From the NCBI GenBank assembly GCA_964479275.1, contig CAYZLR010000003.1, forward strand, positions 9,102 to 73,101: 64,000 bases of DNA. Direction: 5' to 3'. This document shows positions 55,230 through 64,000 of the stretch, one piece after another. Source of the DNA: an uncultured Caulobacterales bacterium. GTDB taxonomy: Bacteria; Pseudomonadota; Alphaproteobacteria; Caulobacterales; Parvularculaceae. Made by a program: the position numbers and the translations under genes. Within the stretch, counting starts at the first letter, position 1. Each line of letters starts with the position of its first letter. Under the pieces are notes generated by a model, which did no database searches, had not been told where the DNA came from, and worked only from the letters and a program-made list of their open reading frames with translations.

Positions 55230-57989
55230 ATGTCACGATTTAAGATGATGCTGGCCGCAACCACAGCTGGTGTTTTAAGTTTGGCGACGCCAAACATCAT
55301 AGAGATTGACCATGCGAGCGCGCAAACAGAAGTCAATATTCCATACGAAAAATTCCAACTTGATAACGGCTTGACGGTTATCGTTCACGAAGATCGCAAA
55401 GCGCCAGTTGTTGCGGTTTCTGTTTGGTATAAAGTGGGATCAAAAGATGAGCCTGAAGGAAAAACAGGATTTGCCCATCTGTTTGAACATTTAATGTTTA
55501 ACGGTTCTGAAAACTATGATGATGAATGGTTTAAGCCATTGCAAGAAGTCGGGGCGACAGGGCTGAACGGTACGACGAATACGGATCGTACAAATTATTT
55601 TCAAACTGTACCAACCCCCGCTCTAGATCGCATTTTATGGCTGGAGTCTGACCGGATGGGTCATTTTGTTGGCGCAGTCACGCAAGATAAGCTGGATGAG
55701 CAACGCGGCGTTGTGCAAAATGAAAAACGCCAGGGTGAGAATGCACCTTACGGGCGTGTGTTTACTTCTATCTTGGAAAACCTTTTTCCTCCAGGCCATC
55801 CTTATTCTCATTCCTTCATCGGTTCACTAGAAGACCTTGATGCCGCTTCCCTCGATGATGTTAAGCAGTGGTTTGCCGATTATTACGGCCCCTCGAATGC
55901 ATTTGTTGTGCTCGCTGGTGATATTGATACGGCGACAGCGAAAGCGCAAATGGAGAAATATTTCGGCGATATTCCTGCTGGTCCACCAGTACAAAAATTT
56001 GAAAGCTGGGTGCCCAAGCGTCAAGCTATTAGCCGCGAGGTTGTTCAAGATCAGGTGCCCCAAGCTCGTATTTACCGCGTTTGGGCGACACCAGAAGATA
56101 CAGATCCGGTATCGAACGATTTGGTCATTGCTTCTAACGTTTTGGGGGATGGCAAAAATTCTCGTCTGTACAAAGAGCTTGTATATGACCAGCAAATTGC
56201 AACCAGTGCTGGGACCTTCAATCTGGAGCTCCAAATGGCTTCAATTTCTGGCGTATTTGTCGATATCAAGGAAGGTGAAGATGCCGCAAAGGTTGAGGCT
56301 GAACTTGATAAGGTCATTGCTGAGTTTTTGGAAAATGGACCCACACGCGATGAAGTGCGTTTGGTATCCACGAAAACAAAAGCGTCAATTATACGGGGCC
56401 TTGAGCAGGTCGGCGGATTTGGCGGTAAAGCGGTTACGCTGGCACAAGGGGAACTTTATGCTGGAAACCCAGGCTTTTTTAAAGAGGAACTCAAGCTACT
56501 AGATAGTGCTGACCCAAGGAAAGTATTGGCGTCTGCCAGAGAGTGGTTCGGTGAAAATTATCATCAAATAACATATGTTCCTTTTCCAAAATATCAAAAC
56601 AGCGCAAGCGGTGTTGATCGCTCTCTTGGCATGCCTGATGTTGCTGGCGAAACGTCTCTTGCGTTTCCGGCTGTAGAAGAAAGCACATTGCGCAATGGCA
56701 TGAAGGTCGTGCTGGCGAAACGTTCAACTATTCCAGTTGTCAATGTTGCGTTGCAGTTTAATGCTGGTTACGCCGCTGATGCGGGTGGAAAACTCGGGCT
56801 TGCAAACTTTACGGCGAATATGTTGGATGAGGGCGCGGGTCGATATGATGCCCTTGAGCTATCCAGTGAGTTGGAGAAAATAGGCGCAACCATCACTTCA
56901 GGATCAAATCTTGATACAACACAAGTACGCCTTTCTGCATTGAAAGAAAATTTGCCAAAATCTTTGGCGTTGCTCTCTGATGTTGTTTTACGACCCTCTT
57001 TTGACGCTGAAGAAATCGAACGTCAAAGAAAGCTTCTTCTTGCAAGTATTAATCAGGAAAAATCCAACCCAACAACAATTGCCATACGATTGTTACCGCC
57101 TCTCCTTTATGGTGATAAGCATGCATATGGCATACCGTTGACGGGATCAGGAACAATTGCGGATGTTTCTGCAATCTCTCGTGAAGACCTTGTTGGCTTT
57201 AAAAGCCGTTGGATGCGGCCAGATAATGGTAAGATTTTTGTTGTTGGGGATACCACAATGGCAGAAATTAAACCGCTTCTGGAGCGCCAATTTGGGGGGT
57301 GGAAAGCGAGTGGGCCCAAACCAACCAAAACGATTGAGACTGTAGGGTTGTCTGAAAAACCCAAAGTCCTTTTGATCGACCGCCCAGGTTCTCCGCAATC
57401 TGTTATCTTGGCCGGACATGTGGCGCCGCCCACAGGCGTTGATAATAATATTGCGATATCAGCAATGAATGAGATAGTCGGTGGTGGTGGATTTAATTCA
57501 CGGATCAACTTGAATTTGCGTGAAGATAAAGGCTGGTCTTATGGCTCAAGGACACTATTGATCGGAGCCAACGGGCAACGACCCTTTATTGTTTTGGCGC
57601 CTGTTCAAACTGATAAAACCGGAGCCTCGATTGCTGAAATTAAGCAAGAGTTTGCCGAGTTCTTTGGTGATAATCCGGCAACGCCAGAAGAGCTTGATCG
57701 GGTCAAGCTTGATAATGTACGCTCCTTGCCTGGGCAGTTTGAAACTTCAGACGCAGTCATGGGGTCACTGTTGGCAAGTGATCGCTTCTCTCGTCCATTT
57801 AACTATCCAACAACATTACCGGCTAAATATGATGAGCTGGATGTTGCTGTGATTGCGGCTGCAGCCTCAGAGGTATTGCGTCCGGATCAACTGACGTGGG
57901 TGATTATCGGTGATGCCGCTAAAATTGAAGCTGAAATCCGTGACGCGGGTCTTGGCGAGGTTGAGGTGCGCGCTCTGAGCGACCTTTAA
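55230..57989 (+). CDS. secreted M16 (pitrilysin) family zinc peptidase, double-module 919 aa
   Basis: A signal peptide is present, with the inverted zinc motif HLFEHLMFNGS and a downstream E (ENEKRQ) in the first module. A second, non-catalytic M16 module follows. Confidence 0.88.
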   Translation: MSRFKMMLAATTAGVLSLATPNIIEIDHASAQTEVNIPYEKFQLDNGLTVIVHEDRKAPVVAVSVWYKVGSKDEPEGKTGFAHLFEHLMFNGSENYDDEWFKPLQEVGATGLNGTTNTDRTNYFQTVPTPALDRILWLESDRMGHFVGAVTQDKLDEQRGVVQNEKRQGENAPYGRVFTSILENLFPPGHPYSHSFIGSLEDLDAASLDDVKQWFADYYGPSNAFVVLAGDIDTATAKAQMEKYFGDIPAGPPVQKFESWVPKRQAISREVVQDQVPQARIYRVWATPEDTDPVSNDLVIASNVLGDGKNSRLYKELVYDQQIATSAGTFNLELQMASISGVFVDIKEGEDAAKVEAELDKVIAEFLENGPTRDEVRLVSTKTKASIIRGLEQVGGFGGKAVTLAQGELYAGNPGFFKEELKLLDSADPRKVLASAREWFGENYHQITYVPFPKYQNSASGVDRSLGMPDVAGETSLAFPAVEESTLRNGMKVVLAKRSTIPVVNVALQFNAGYAADAGGKLGLANFTANMLDEGAGRYDALELSSELEKIGATITSGSNLDTTQVRLSALKENLPKSLALLSDVVLRPSFDAEEIERQRKLLLASINQEKSNPTTIAIRLLPPLLYGDKHAYGIPLTGSGTIADVSAISREDLVGFKSRWMRPDNGKIFVVGDTTMAEIKPLLERQFGGWKASGPKPTKTIETVGLSEKPKVLLIDRPGSPQSVILAGHVAPPTGVDNNIAISAMNEIVGGGGFNSRINLNLREDKGWSYGSRTLLIGANGQRPFIVLAPVQTDKTGASIAEIKQEFAEFFGDNPATPEELDRVKLDNVRSLPGQFETSDAVMGSLLASDRFSRPFNYPTTLPAKYDELDVAVIAAAASEVLRPDQLTWVIIGDAAKIEAEIRDAGLGEVEVRALSDL

Positions 57990-58034
57990 TTCTGTTGCCG
58001 GCATCAAAGCCGGGCGCAGACTAACCTAAAATCT

Positions 58035-58076
58035 AAAAACGCGCACATGGTATCAACCATGTGCGCGTTTTACTTT
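58035..58076 (+). terminator. rho-independent terminator downstream of the M16 peptidase gene
   Basis: AAAACGCGCACATGG-tatcaa-CCATGTGCGCGTTTT, followed by ACTTTT. The GC-rich core stem is 11 bp and is flanked by A and T tracts. Confidence 0.8.
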
Positions 58077-58127
58077 TCCTAGCGAATAAAACCGGGCATA
58101 CTAGTCAAGTTCAACTCAATCAGCCTG

Positions 58128-59204
58128 ATGCAGGACTATCGAATGGCCAACTCTCCAGATCAAAATTTTACCGGAACCACGCAAACTCCAGAACATTTGG
58201 CGTTTGATGAAGGGGCTCTGGAAAAATATATGCTAGACAATGTCGAGGGATATAAAGGGCCTTTGACGGTCGAAAAATTTAAAGGAGGGCAATCAAACCC
58301 GACCTACTTAATTAGCACACCGACAAAAAAATATGTATTGCGGCGTAAGCCTCCTGGAAAATTATTGCCATCGGCTCATGCTGTGGATCGGGAATATAAA
58401 GTGATGACGGCGTTGCGCGGCCAAAATTTTCCAGTCCCGAAAACATACGCATTATGTGAAGATCCGCATGTTATCGGCACGGCGTTTTTTGTTATGGATT
58501 GTGTTGAGGGGCGTATTTTGTGGGATGGGCGGCTGCCTGAATGCGATAAAAGTGAGCGCTCTGCTGTTTATAATGCGATGGTTGATGTGTTGGCAGACCT
58601 TCACCAAGTAGATATTGCTAAAGCCAGGCTCGATGATTTTGGTAAGCATGGAGACTATTTTGCGCGGCAAATCGCACGCTGGTCGCGCCAATATCGCGAT
58701 AGTGAAACCGAAACTATTGAACCCATGGATGCACTGATAAAATGGTTACCTGAAAATATTCCTAATGGAGATGAAACAACACTGGTTCACGGCGATTTTC
58801 GTCTTGATAATATGATACTGGATACGAACAGACCTGTTGTCAGGGCGGTGCTCGATTGGGAATTGTCAACATTAGGTCATCCGCTAGCGGATTTTACCTA
58901 TTTCTTAATGGCGTGGCATTTTCCAGCAGAAGTGCGTGGTGGGCTAGCTGGTCAAGATTTATCTGCTCTTGGTATTCCAACCCTTGAAGAGATGATCACT
59001 CGTTATGCAGAGCGCACAGGTCGGGGCCAAATAAGCGATCTCAATTTTTGCCTCGCCTATAACATGTTCCGTCTCGCCGCAATTGTTCAAGGCGTATACA
59101 AACGAGGTCTGCAGGGGAATGCCTCGTCTAAAGAGTCTTTGAAAACCAAAGATCAAATCCCGTCATTGGCCGCATTAGGGTGGTTTTACGCACAAAAAAC
59201 TTAA
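58128..59204 (+). CDS. aminoglycoside phosphotransferase (APH)-like kinase family protein
   Basis: The catalytic loop LVHGDFRLDNMIL and LDWELS are present. An alternative start is ATG 58143. Confidence 0.8.
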   Translation: MQDYRMANSPDQNFTGTTQTPEHLAFDEGALEKYMLDNVEGYKGPLTVEKFKGGQSNPTYLISTPTKKYVLRRKPPGKLLPSAHAVDREYKVMTALRGQNFPVPKTYALCEDPHVIGTAFFVMDCVEGRILWDGRLPECDKSERSAVYNAMVDVLADLHQVDIAKARLDDFGKHGDYFARQIARWSRQYRDSETETIEPMDALIKWLPENIPNGDETTLVHGDFRLDNMILDTNRPVVRAVLDWELSTLGHPLADFTYFLMAWHFPAEVRGGLAGQDLSALGIPTLEEMITRYAERTGRGQISDLNFCLAYNMFRLAAIVQGVYKRGLQGNASSKESLKTKDQIPSLAALGWFYAQKT

Positions 59205-59440
59205 CGCCCTTTGGGGTGTGACGTGGATGATTTGTTCCTTCTCGACGGGCTTTTTTTTGCGCTATAAAGGGTGAAAGCACTAAAACTTTATGCCTCAGTG
59301 GTTTTTAGACAGGTATATGTCGTAACGCTTCGTCGCAAATTTTTTCGTTTTGACCGATTATTGTTAGTCTTTTCAAAGGCCTTGATTGACAATTGCATGA
59401 TCTTGCTGGATTTTGTTCCGGTTAGGTAAGGGGCTTATCC

Positions 59441-60331
59441 ATGTTAAAAATCTCAAATCTGTCTCATATATACGGCAATGGTGTGCGGGCATTGAATAAT
59501 GTCTCTCTTGAAGTTCCAAAGGGCATGTTTGGTTTGTTGGGGCCGAATGGCGCGGGAAAATCTTCATTGATGCGTTGCCTAGCGGCTTTACAAAAGCCGA
59601 CCAAAGGGGAAATCCATTTTGGCGATATCAATGTCCTCACTGAGCCCGATGCTCTACGTCAATCGTTAGGTTATTTGCCGCAAGATTTTGGTGTTTATCC
59701 CCGAATATCAGCTTTAGCGATGTTGGATCACATTGCGGTTTTAAAAGGTGTAACCAATAAGCGTGAGCGCAATGCTCTCGTTGAGGAATTGCTTCGTCAG
59801 GTTAATCTATATGATATGCGCAAAAAATCATTAGCTGGATATTCAGGTGGCATGCGCCAACGATTTGGGGTTGCACAGGCTTTAATTGGAAACCCTGAAT
59901 TGATTATCGTTGATGAACCAACGGCTGGCCTTGATCCACAGGAACGGAACCGGTTTCACAATTTGTTATCCGAGATTGGAGAAAATGTCGTGGTTTTATT
60001 ATCGACCCATATTGTTTCCGATGTTTCCGATCTATGCCCACAAATGGCGATTATTGCGGCAGGTGAAATTGTTAGTAAGGGAGCGCCGGTTGATTTGGTG
60101 GCAGAACTAGCCGGTAAGGTTTGGGAGAAAAGAATAAACAAAGGGGAAATAGAAACCTATCGTGCTAAATATAATCTTTTATCAGCGCGTCTAATCACCG
60201 GTAAAACGGTCATTCGTATTTATTCAGAAGATGACCCTGGAGAAGGTTTTGAAAGCGCCGCTGCAGATCTGGAAGATGTTTATTTCCGAAAAATTTTCGC
60301 GGGCGATAAGCCAGCAACGCAGGCTGCGTAA
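59441..60331 (+). CDS. ABC transporter ATP-binding protein (ABC-2 subfamily type)
   Basis: Walker A GPNGAGKSS, signature YSGGMRQR and Walker B LIIVDEPTAGLD are present. Confidence 0.92.
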   Translation: MLKISNLSHIYGNGVRALNNVSLEVPKGMFGLLGPNGAGKSSLMRCLAALQKPTKGEIHFGDINVLTEPDALRQSLGYLPQDFGVYPRISALAMLDHIAVLKGVTNKRERNALVEELLRQVNLYDMRKKSLAGYSGGMRQRFGVAQALIGNPELIIVDEPTAGLDPQERNRFHNLLSEIGENVVVLLSTHIVSDVSDLCPQMAIIAAGEIVSKGAPVDLVAELAGKVWEKRINKGEIETYRAKYNLLSARLITGKTVIRIYSEDDPGEGFESAAADLEDVYFRKIFAGDKPATQAA

Positions 60332-60354
60332 TCATTCACCAAGAGGGTTAAACT

Positions 60355-63300
60355 ATGTTCGGCAGAGTTGCGCGTTTTGAATTTGCCTATCAGGTCAAAT
60401 CTCCCGCATATATCGTTATTTTTTCAATGTTTTTCCTGCTCACCTACGGGGCGGTTTCAACCGAGCAAATTACGATTGGCGGCGGCGGGAATACGAATAT
60501 TAATTCTCCATTTGCGATTTCGCAAACCGGATTTATTATGAGCCTGTTCGGGCTGTTTATACCAACGGCTTTGTTGTCGAATACGATTTTAAGAGATTCG
60601 TCTCACAAGATGGATGGAGTTTTATTCTCGACACCTATTAATAAGTTTGACTATTTGATTGGTCGTTTTACGGGCGGATTTCTCGCCGTTCTTCTCGCTT
60701 TTACGAGCGTTCCCATCGGTATGTTTGTTGGCAGTCTGATGCCATGGATTGATCCCGAAACATTGGGCCCCAATCGTTTGCATCATTACCTTTATATGTT
60801 ATTTGTGATTGGCATGCCCAATTTGTTGATTACCGGCATGATCATGTACACGGTCGCAAATGTAACACGCTCCACGCTTATGACCTATCTTGCGCTGGTG
60901 ACGTTTCTTGTTGGCTATGCGGCTTCACAAGCGGCCCTGCAAGACCCAGATTTGCGGACGTTCGCGGCTCTTGCCGATCCCTTTGGCTTTGGTGGATGGT
61001 CAATCGAAACACGAAATTGGACGAGCTTTGAACGAAATGAATTGCTTGCCCCAGTACGCGGGTTGTTTTTACAAAACCGATTGTTGTGGATGGGGATCAG
61101 TATAGGATTACTGATTTTAAATTATTTCATTTTCTCATTTCGAAGCCCAGGTAAATCAGGGCGTAAGAAAAAAACGCTAGCGATGCCGCAAAGCCGCTTC
61201 ATTCCCACAGAAATAAATTTGCCAACAGTGACTCGTGATTTTTCTGCCAAAACGCAGCGCAAACAGTTTTGGGCGCGTACAGGTTTCGAAATGCGTAGCG
61301 TCTTTATGAGCGTAACATTTTGGATCTTGTTGATATTAGGTGTGTTTAACACGGTTTCAGCGCTGATTTTTCCCAATGAAGTTTTTGGAACGCCGACCTT
61401 ACCCGTGACACGTGATATTATTTTGCAAGTTGTTGGCGCTTTTGGGATTGTTCCGGTGATTGTTATTGCTTTTTACGCCGGTGATTTAGTGTGGCGTGAT
61501 CGCGGGGTCAAATTACACGAAATTATCGACTCAACGCCAACGCCAAGCTGGGCCTTCTTTTTTCCTAAATTACTCGCCGTGTCCCTCGTGCTCCTATTGC
61601 TGATGGTAGTTGCATCTATAACCGGAATGGTGATGCAACTTGTTCGTGGGTATACAAACCTTGAGCCAGCACAATATGCCATGAGGCTATTGTATTTATT
61701 CGGCTGGCCATTAATTCTTACTGCTGTGCTCGCCTTTTTTCTTCAGGTTCTTTTTAACAATAAGTATCTCGGCTATCTTGGTCTTCTCATTTATTTCATT
61801 GGCAGCATTATTTTTGCCCAAATCGGATTTGAACATAATTTATATAATTTTGCCAGTTCACCCATCGTTCCTTATTCTGATTTAAATGGCTATGGTCATT
61901 TTCTAACCAATAATTCTTGGTTTAATGCGTATTGGACTACGGTTTCTATTGTTCTTATCGTCTTGACATATTTGTTGTGGAATCGCGGAGCGTTAACATC
62001 AATATTCAAACGGTTAGTCTATCTGCCCAGTTCCATAAGAGGAATAACGGGCCCAGTATTGGCGATATCCGTGATAGCATCTCTCGGTTTGGGGGGATGG
62101 ATCTATTATAATACCAATATTGTAAATGAGTATCGCACCACAAAAGATAACGAAAAAATTGCTGTTGCTTATGAGGAAAAATATAAACCCTTAGTGGATG
62201 CTCTGCAGCCAAAAATCGTTGATGTGAATGTGGATGTTGCGATTTATCCAAAGACCCGCCAGGTGAAAACGAATGGCGTTTTTATTCTCGAGAACAAAAC
62301 GGCAGAACCGATTAATCGTATTCATCTTGAATATTCCAGTGGTCTAAAGGTTCTCACTCAAGAGATTGAGGGGGCGGTAGTTGACAATGAGAATTCGGAT
62401 GCAAAACAAAACATCTATTTCTTTGATCTTTCTGATGCCATGCAACCGGGGGAGCGCCTGCAACTTCAATTCGAAACAGAGATATCTTCTCGTGGCTTCA
62501 AAAATTCAAATGGCGGCACGGATTTTACCGTCGTAGGAAATGGAACCTTTATCAATAATAGCGATGTCTTTCCAAGTGTTGGGTATCAAGAAGCACGCAT
62601 ATTAAGAGATCGAAACACGCGTCGTCGTTATGGATTGGAGCCAGTGGAGCGTGTTGCCAAACTTGAAGATGTCGCTTCTCATAACAGGAATTATCTAACT
62701 GCTGACTCAGATTACGTGAATTTTGAAGCGACTGTTTCGACTGATGGGGAACAGATTGCTATAGCGCCGGGTTATCTTGAGCGAGAATGGTCGGAAAATA
62801 ATAGACGATATTTTCACTATAAAATGGATGTGCCAATTTTGAATTTCTTCTCGTTTCAGTCCGCCGATTATACGGTAAAAGAAGGGCAGTGGAACGATGT
62901 CGATATTCAGATTTTTTATCATAAGCCTCATGACTTTAATGTTGACCGGATGGTTGAAGCAACCCAGGCATCTCTGGAGTATTTTTCCAAAAACTTTAGT
63001 CCTTATCAATATCGTCAATTGCGCATCATTGAGTTTCCCTACCGCTCATTTGCCCAGGCTTTTCCAAATACTGTTCCTTTTTCGGAAAACATTGGATTTA
63101 TTCTTGATACGTCTGATCCTGAACGCGTTGACTCGGCATTCTTTGTGACATCTCATGAAGTTGCGCACCAGTGGTGGGCCCATCAGGTCATGGGCGCCGC
63201 TGTACAAGGGGGAACAATGTTAGTGGAAACCTTTGCGCAATATTCTGCTTTTATGGCCATTGAGAAAGAATTTGGCTCTGAACATGTGCGAGATTTTCTG

Positions 63301-63939
63301 AAACTGGAACTGGATCGCTACCTTTCGGCACGTGGCGGCGAAAGACTGGAAGAGTTACCTTTATACAGGGTCGAGAACCAACAATATATTCATTATAGTA
63401 AGGGTGCATTAAGCATGTATGCGCTCAAAGATTATGTTGGTGAGGAAGTCGTCAATCGTTCGCTGGCACGCTTGATTGATCTTCGCGCATATCAATCCAG
63501 ACCTTATGCAACGACTTTGGATTTTTTGAAAATTCTCAAAGAAGAGGCTGGCCCTGAGCATGATGGATTGATTGCAGATCTTTTTGAAAAAATCACTATC
63601 TTTGATTTAGAAGCAGAGGATGCAAAAATTGAAGAACGTGATGATGGAAAATTCGATGTAACACTGACCTATAAAGCGAAAAAATTCTATGCAGATGGCG
63701 AGGGACGTGAAACTGAAGCTGATATATATATCCCGATTGATATCGGCGTATTTTTGAAAAGCCCTGCGGATGGGAAGTTTTCCAAAGATGATGTTCTCTA
63801 CCTCGCGAAGCATAAAATTGATCCGTCTAACCCTGTGATTACAATTACGGTTGATCAAAAGCCAGGTTATGCGGGGATTGATCCGTATGTGAAGTTGGTG
63901 GACCGTGATGCAGATAACAATGTTAAGCGAATAAATTAA
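60355..63939 (+). CDS. fusion protein: N-terminal polytopic ABC-2-type permease (about 12-13 TM segments, residues 1 to about 575) plus C-terminal M1 family (gluzincin) metallopeptidase domain
   Basis: 1194-aa ORF starting 23 nt after the ATPase gene. The zinc motif HEVAH lies at nt 63154-63168 (residues 934-938). The third ligand, Glu in LVETFAQY, is at residue 958 (19 residues between, against the canonical 18). The GxMEN-equivalent is degenerate (PFSEN). Confidence 0.85.
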   Translation: MFGRVARFEFAYQVKSPAYIVIFSMFFLLTYGAVSTEQITIGGGGNTNINSPFAISQTGFIMSLFGLFIPTALLSNTILRDSSHKMDGVLFSTPINKFDYLIGRFTGGFLAVLLAFTSVPIGMFVGSLMPWIDPETLGPNRLHHYLYMLFVIGMPNLLITGMIMYTVANVTRSTLMTYLALVTFLVGYAASQAALQDPDLRTFAALADPFGFGGWSIETRNWTSFERNELLAPVRGLFLQNRLLWMGISIGLLILNYFIFSFRSPGKSGRKKKTLAMPQSRFIPTEINLPTVTRDFSAKTQRKQFWARTGFEMRSVFMSVTFWILLILGVFNTVSALIFPNEVFGTPTLPVTRDIILQVVGAFGIVPVIVIAFYAGDLVWRDRGVKLHEIIDSTPTPSWAFFFPKLLAVSLVLLLLMVVASITGMVMQLVRGYTNLEPAQYAMRLLYLFGWPLILTAVLAFFLQVLFNNKYLGYLGLLIYFIGSIIFAQIGFEHNLYNFASSPIVPYSDLNGYGHFLTNNSWFNAYWTTVSIVLIVLTYLLWNRGALTSIFKRLVYLPSSIRGITGPVLAISVIASLGLGGWIYYNTNIVNEYRTTKDNEKIAVAYEEKYKPLVDALQPKIVDVNVDVAIYPKTRQVKTNGVFILENKTAEPINRIHLEYSSGLKVLTQEIEGAVVDNENSDAKQNIYFFDLSDAMQPGERLQLQFETEISSRGFKNSNGGTDFTVVGNGTFINNSDVFPSVGYQEARILRDRNTRRRYGLEPVERVAKLEDVASHNRNYLTADSDYVNFEATVSTDGEQIAIAPGYLEREWSENNRRYFHYKMDVPILNFFSFQSADYTVKEGQWNDVDIQIFYHKPHDFNVDRMVEATQASLEYFSKNFSPYQYRQLRIIEFPYRSFAQAFPNTVPFSENIGFILDTSDPERVDSAFFVTSHEVAHQWWAHQVMGAAVQGGTMLVETFAQYSAFMAIEKEFGSEHVRDFLKLELDRYLSARGGERLEELPLYRVENQQYIHYSKGALSMYALKDYVGEEVVNRSLARLIDLRAYQSRPYATTLDFLKILKEEAGPEHDGLIADLFEKITIFDLEAEDAKIEERDDGKFDVTLTYKAKKFYADGEGRETEADIYIPIDIGVFLKSPADGKFSKDDVLYLAKHKIDPSNPVITITVDQKPGYAGIDPYVKLVDRDADNNVKRIN

Positions 63940-64000
63940 AACATATTGCGTGTTTGTGGGAACCGGTTGAAATGCAATAAATGCGCAAAAAGAAACACTT

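Noticed and set aside
55837-56502. A 221-aa plus-strand ORF in an alternative frame inside the M16 peptidase gene.
   Set aside because: It is out of frame within a strongly supported CDS, the translation is Arg/Leu/Ser/Cys-rich, and there is no RBS. Treated as a frame shadow.
1-64000. I searched by eye for CRISPR arrays, tRNA or rRNA genes, IS elements, transposases, integrases, phage genes, toxin-antitoxin pairs and known defence-system signatures.
   Set aside because: No regularly spaced repeat arrays turned up, and no cloverleaf-like or rRNA-like sequence appears in the intergenic gaps. No ORF carries transposase (DDE), integrase (R..HxxR..Y) or typical defence motifs. Absence by eye is not proof; tRNAscan, Infernal, and PADLOC or DefenseFinder would settle it.

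Overview
This window reads as the origin-proximal core region of an alphaproteobacterial chromosome, at roughly 45-52% G+C in hand-counted coding samples. It is mostly housekeeping sequence. I found no rRNA, tRNA, CRISPR array, transposase, integrase or phage gene by eye.

Main landmarks:
- A 441-bp AT-rich gap (10548-10988) lies between a DUF299/PpsR-like gene (with maf behind it) and hemE. This is the synteny of the mapped Caulobacter origin. The gap carries DnaA-box-like 9-mers and two perfect TTAA-N7-TTAA (CtrA-type) boxes, so I call it a candidate oriC.
- The conserved run hemE-hemJ-rho...mnmE-mnmG-rsmG-parA-parB follows. Four perfect parS palindromes (TGTTTCACGTGAAACA) sit at 18.4-21.2 kb, three of them inside coding sequence.
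- Next comes a long minus-strand block: leuS-lptE-holA, lnt-corC-ybeY-phoH-miaB, trkH, apaG and metZ.
- The right end holds dcd, phaZ, a senC/regB/regA redox module and a peptidase-rich stretch.

I do not see a clear novel defence or mobile system. The least explained items are:
1. An ABC ATPase gene followed by a 1194-aa fusion of a roughly 13-TM ABC-2-type permease to an M1 (HEXXH...E) metallopeptidase domain.
2. A low-GC glycosyltransferase plus methyltransferase pair wedged between holA and parB.
3. A translationally coupled orphan gene pair (secreted 276 aa plus 96 aa) inserted in the rho-mnmE interval.
4. A DUF560/Slam-like outer-membrane protein convergent with a small lipoprotein gene.
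5. A compositionally atypical orphan hybrid histidine kinase.

Regulatory candidates include an alphaproteobacterial SOS box (GTTC-N7-GTTC) upstream of comM and a structured leader upstream of metZ. All family calls are motif recognition from the supplied translations. No database search was possible.
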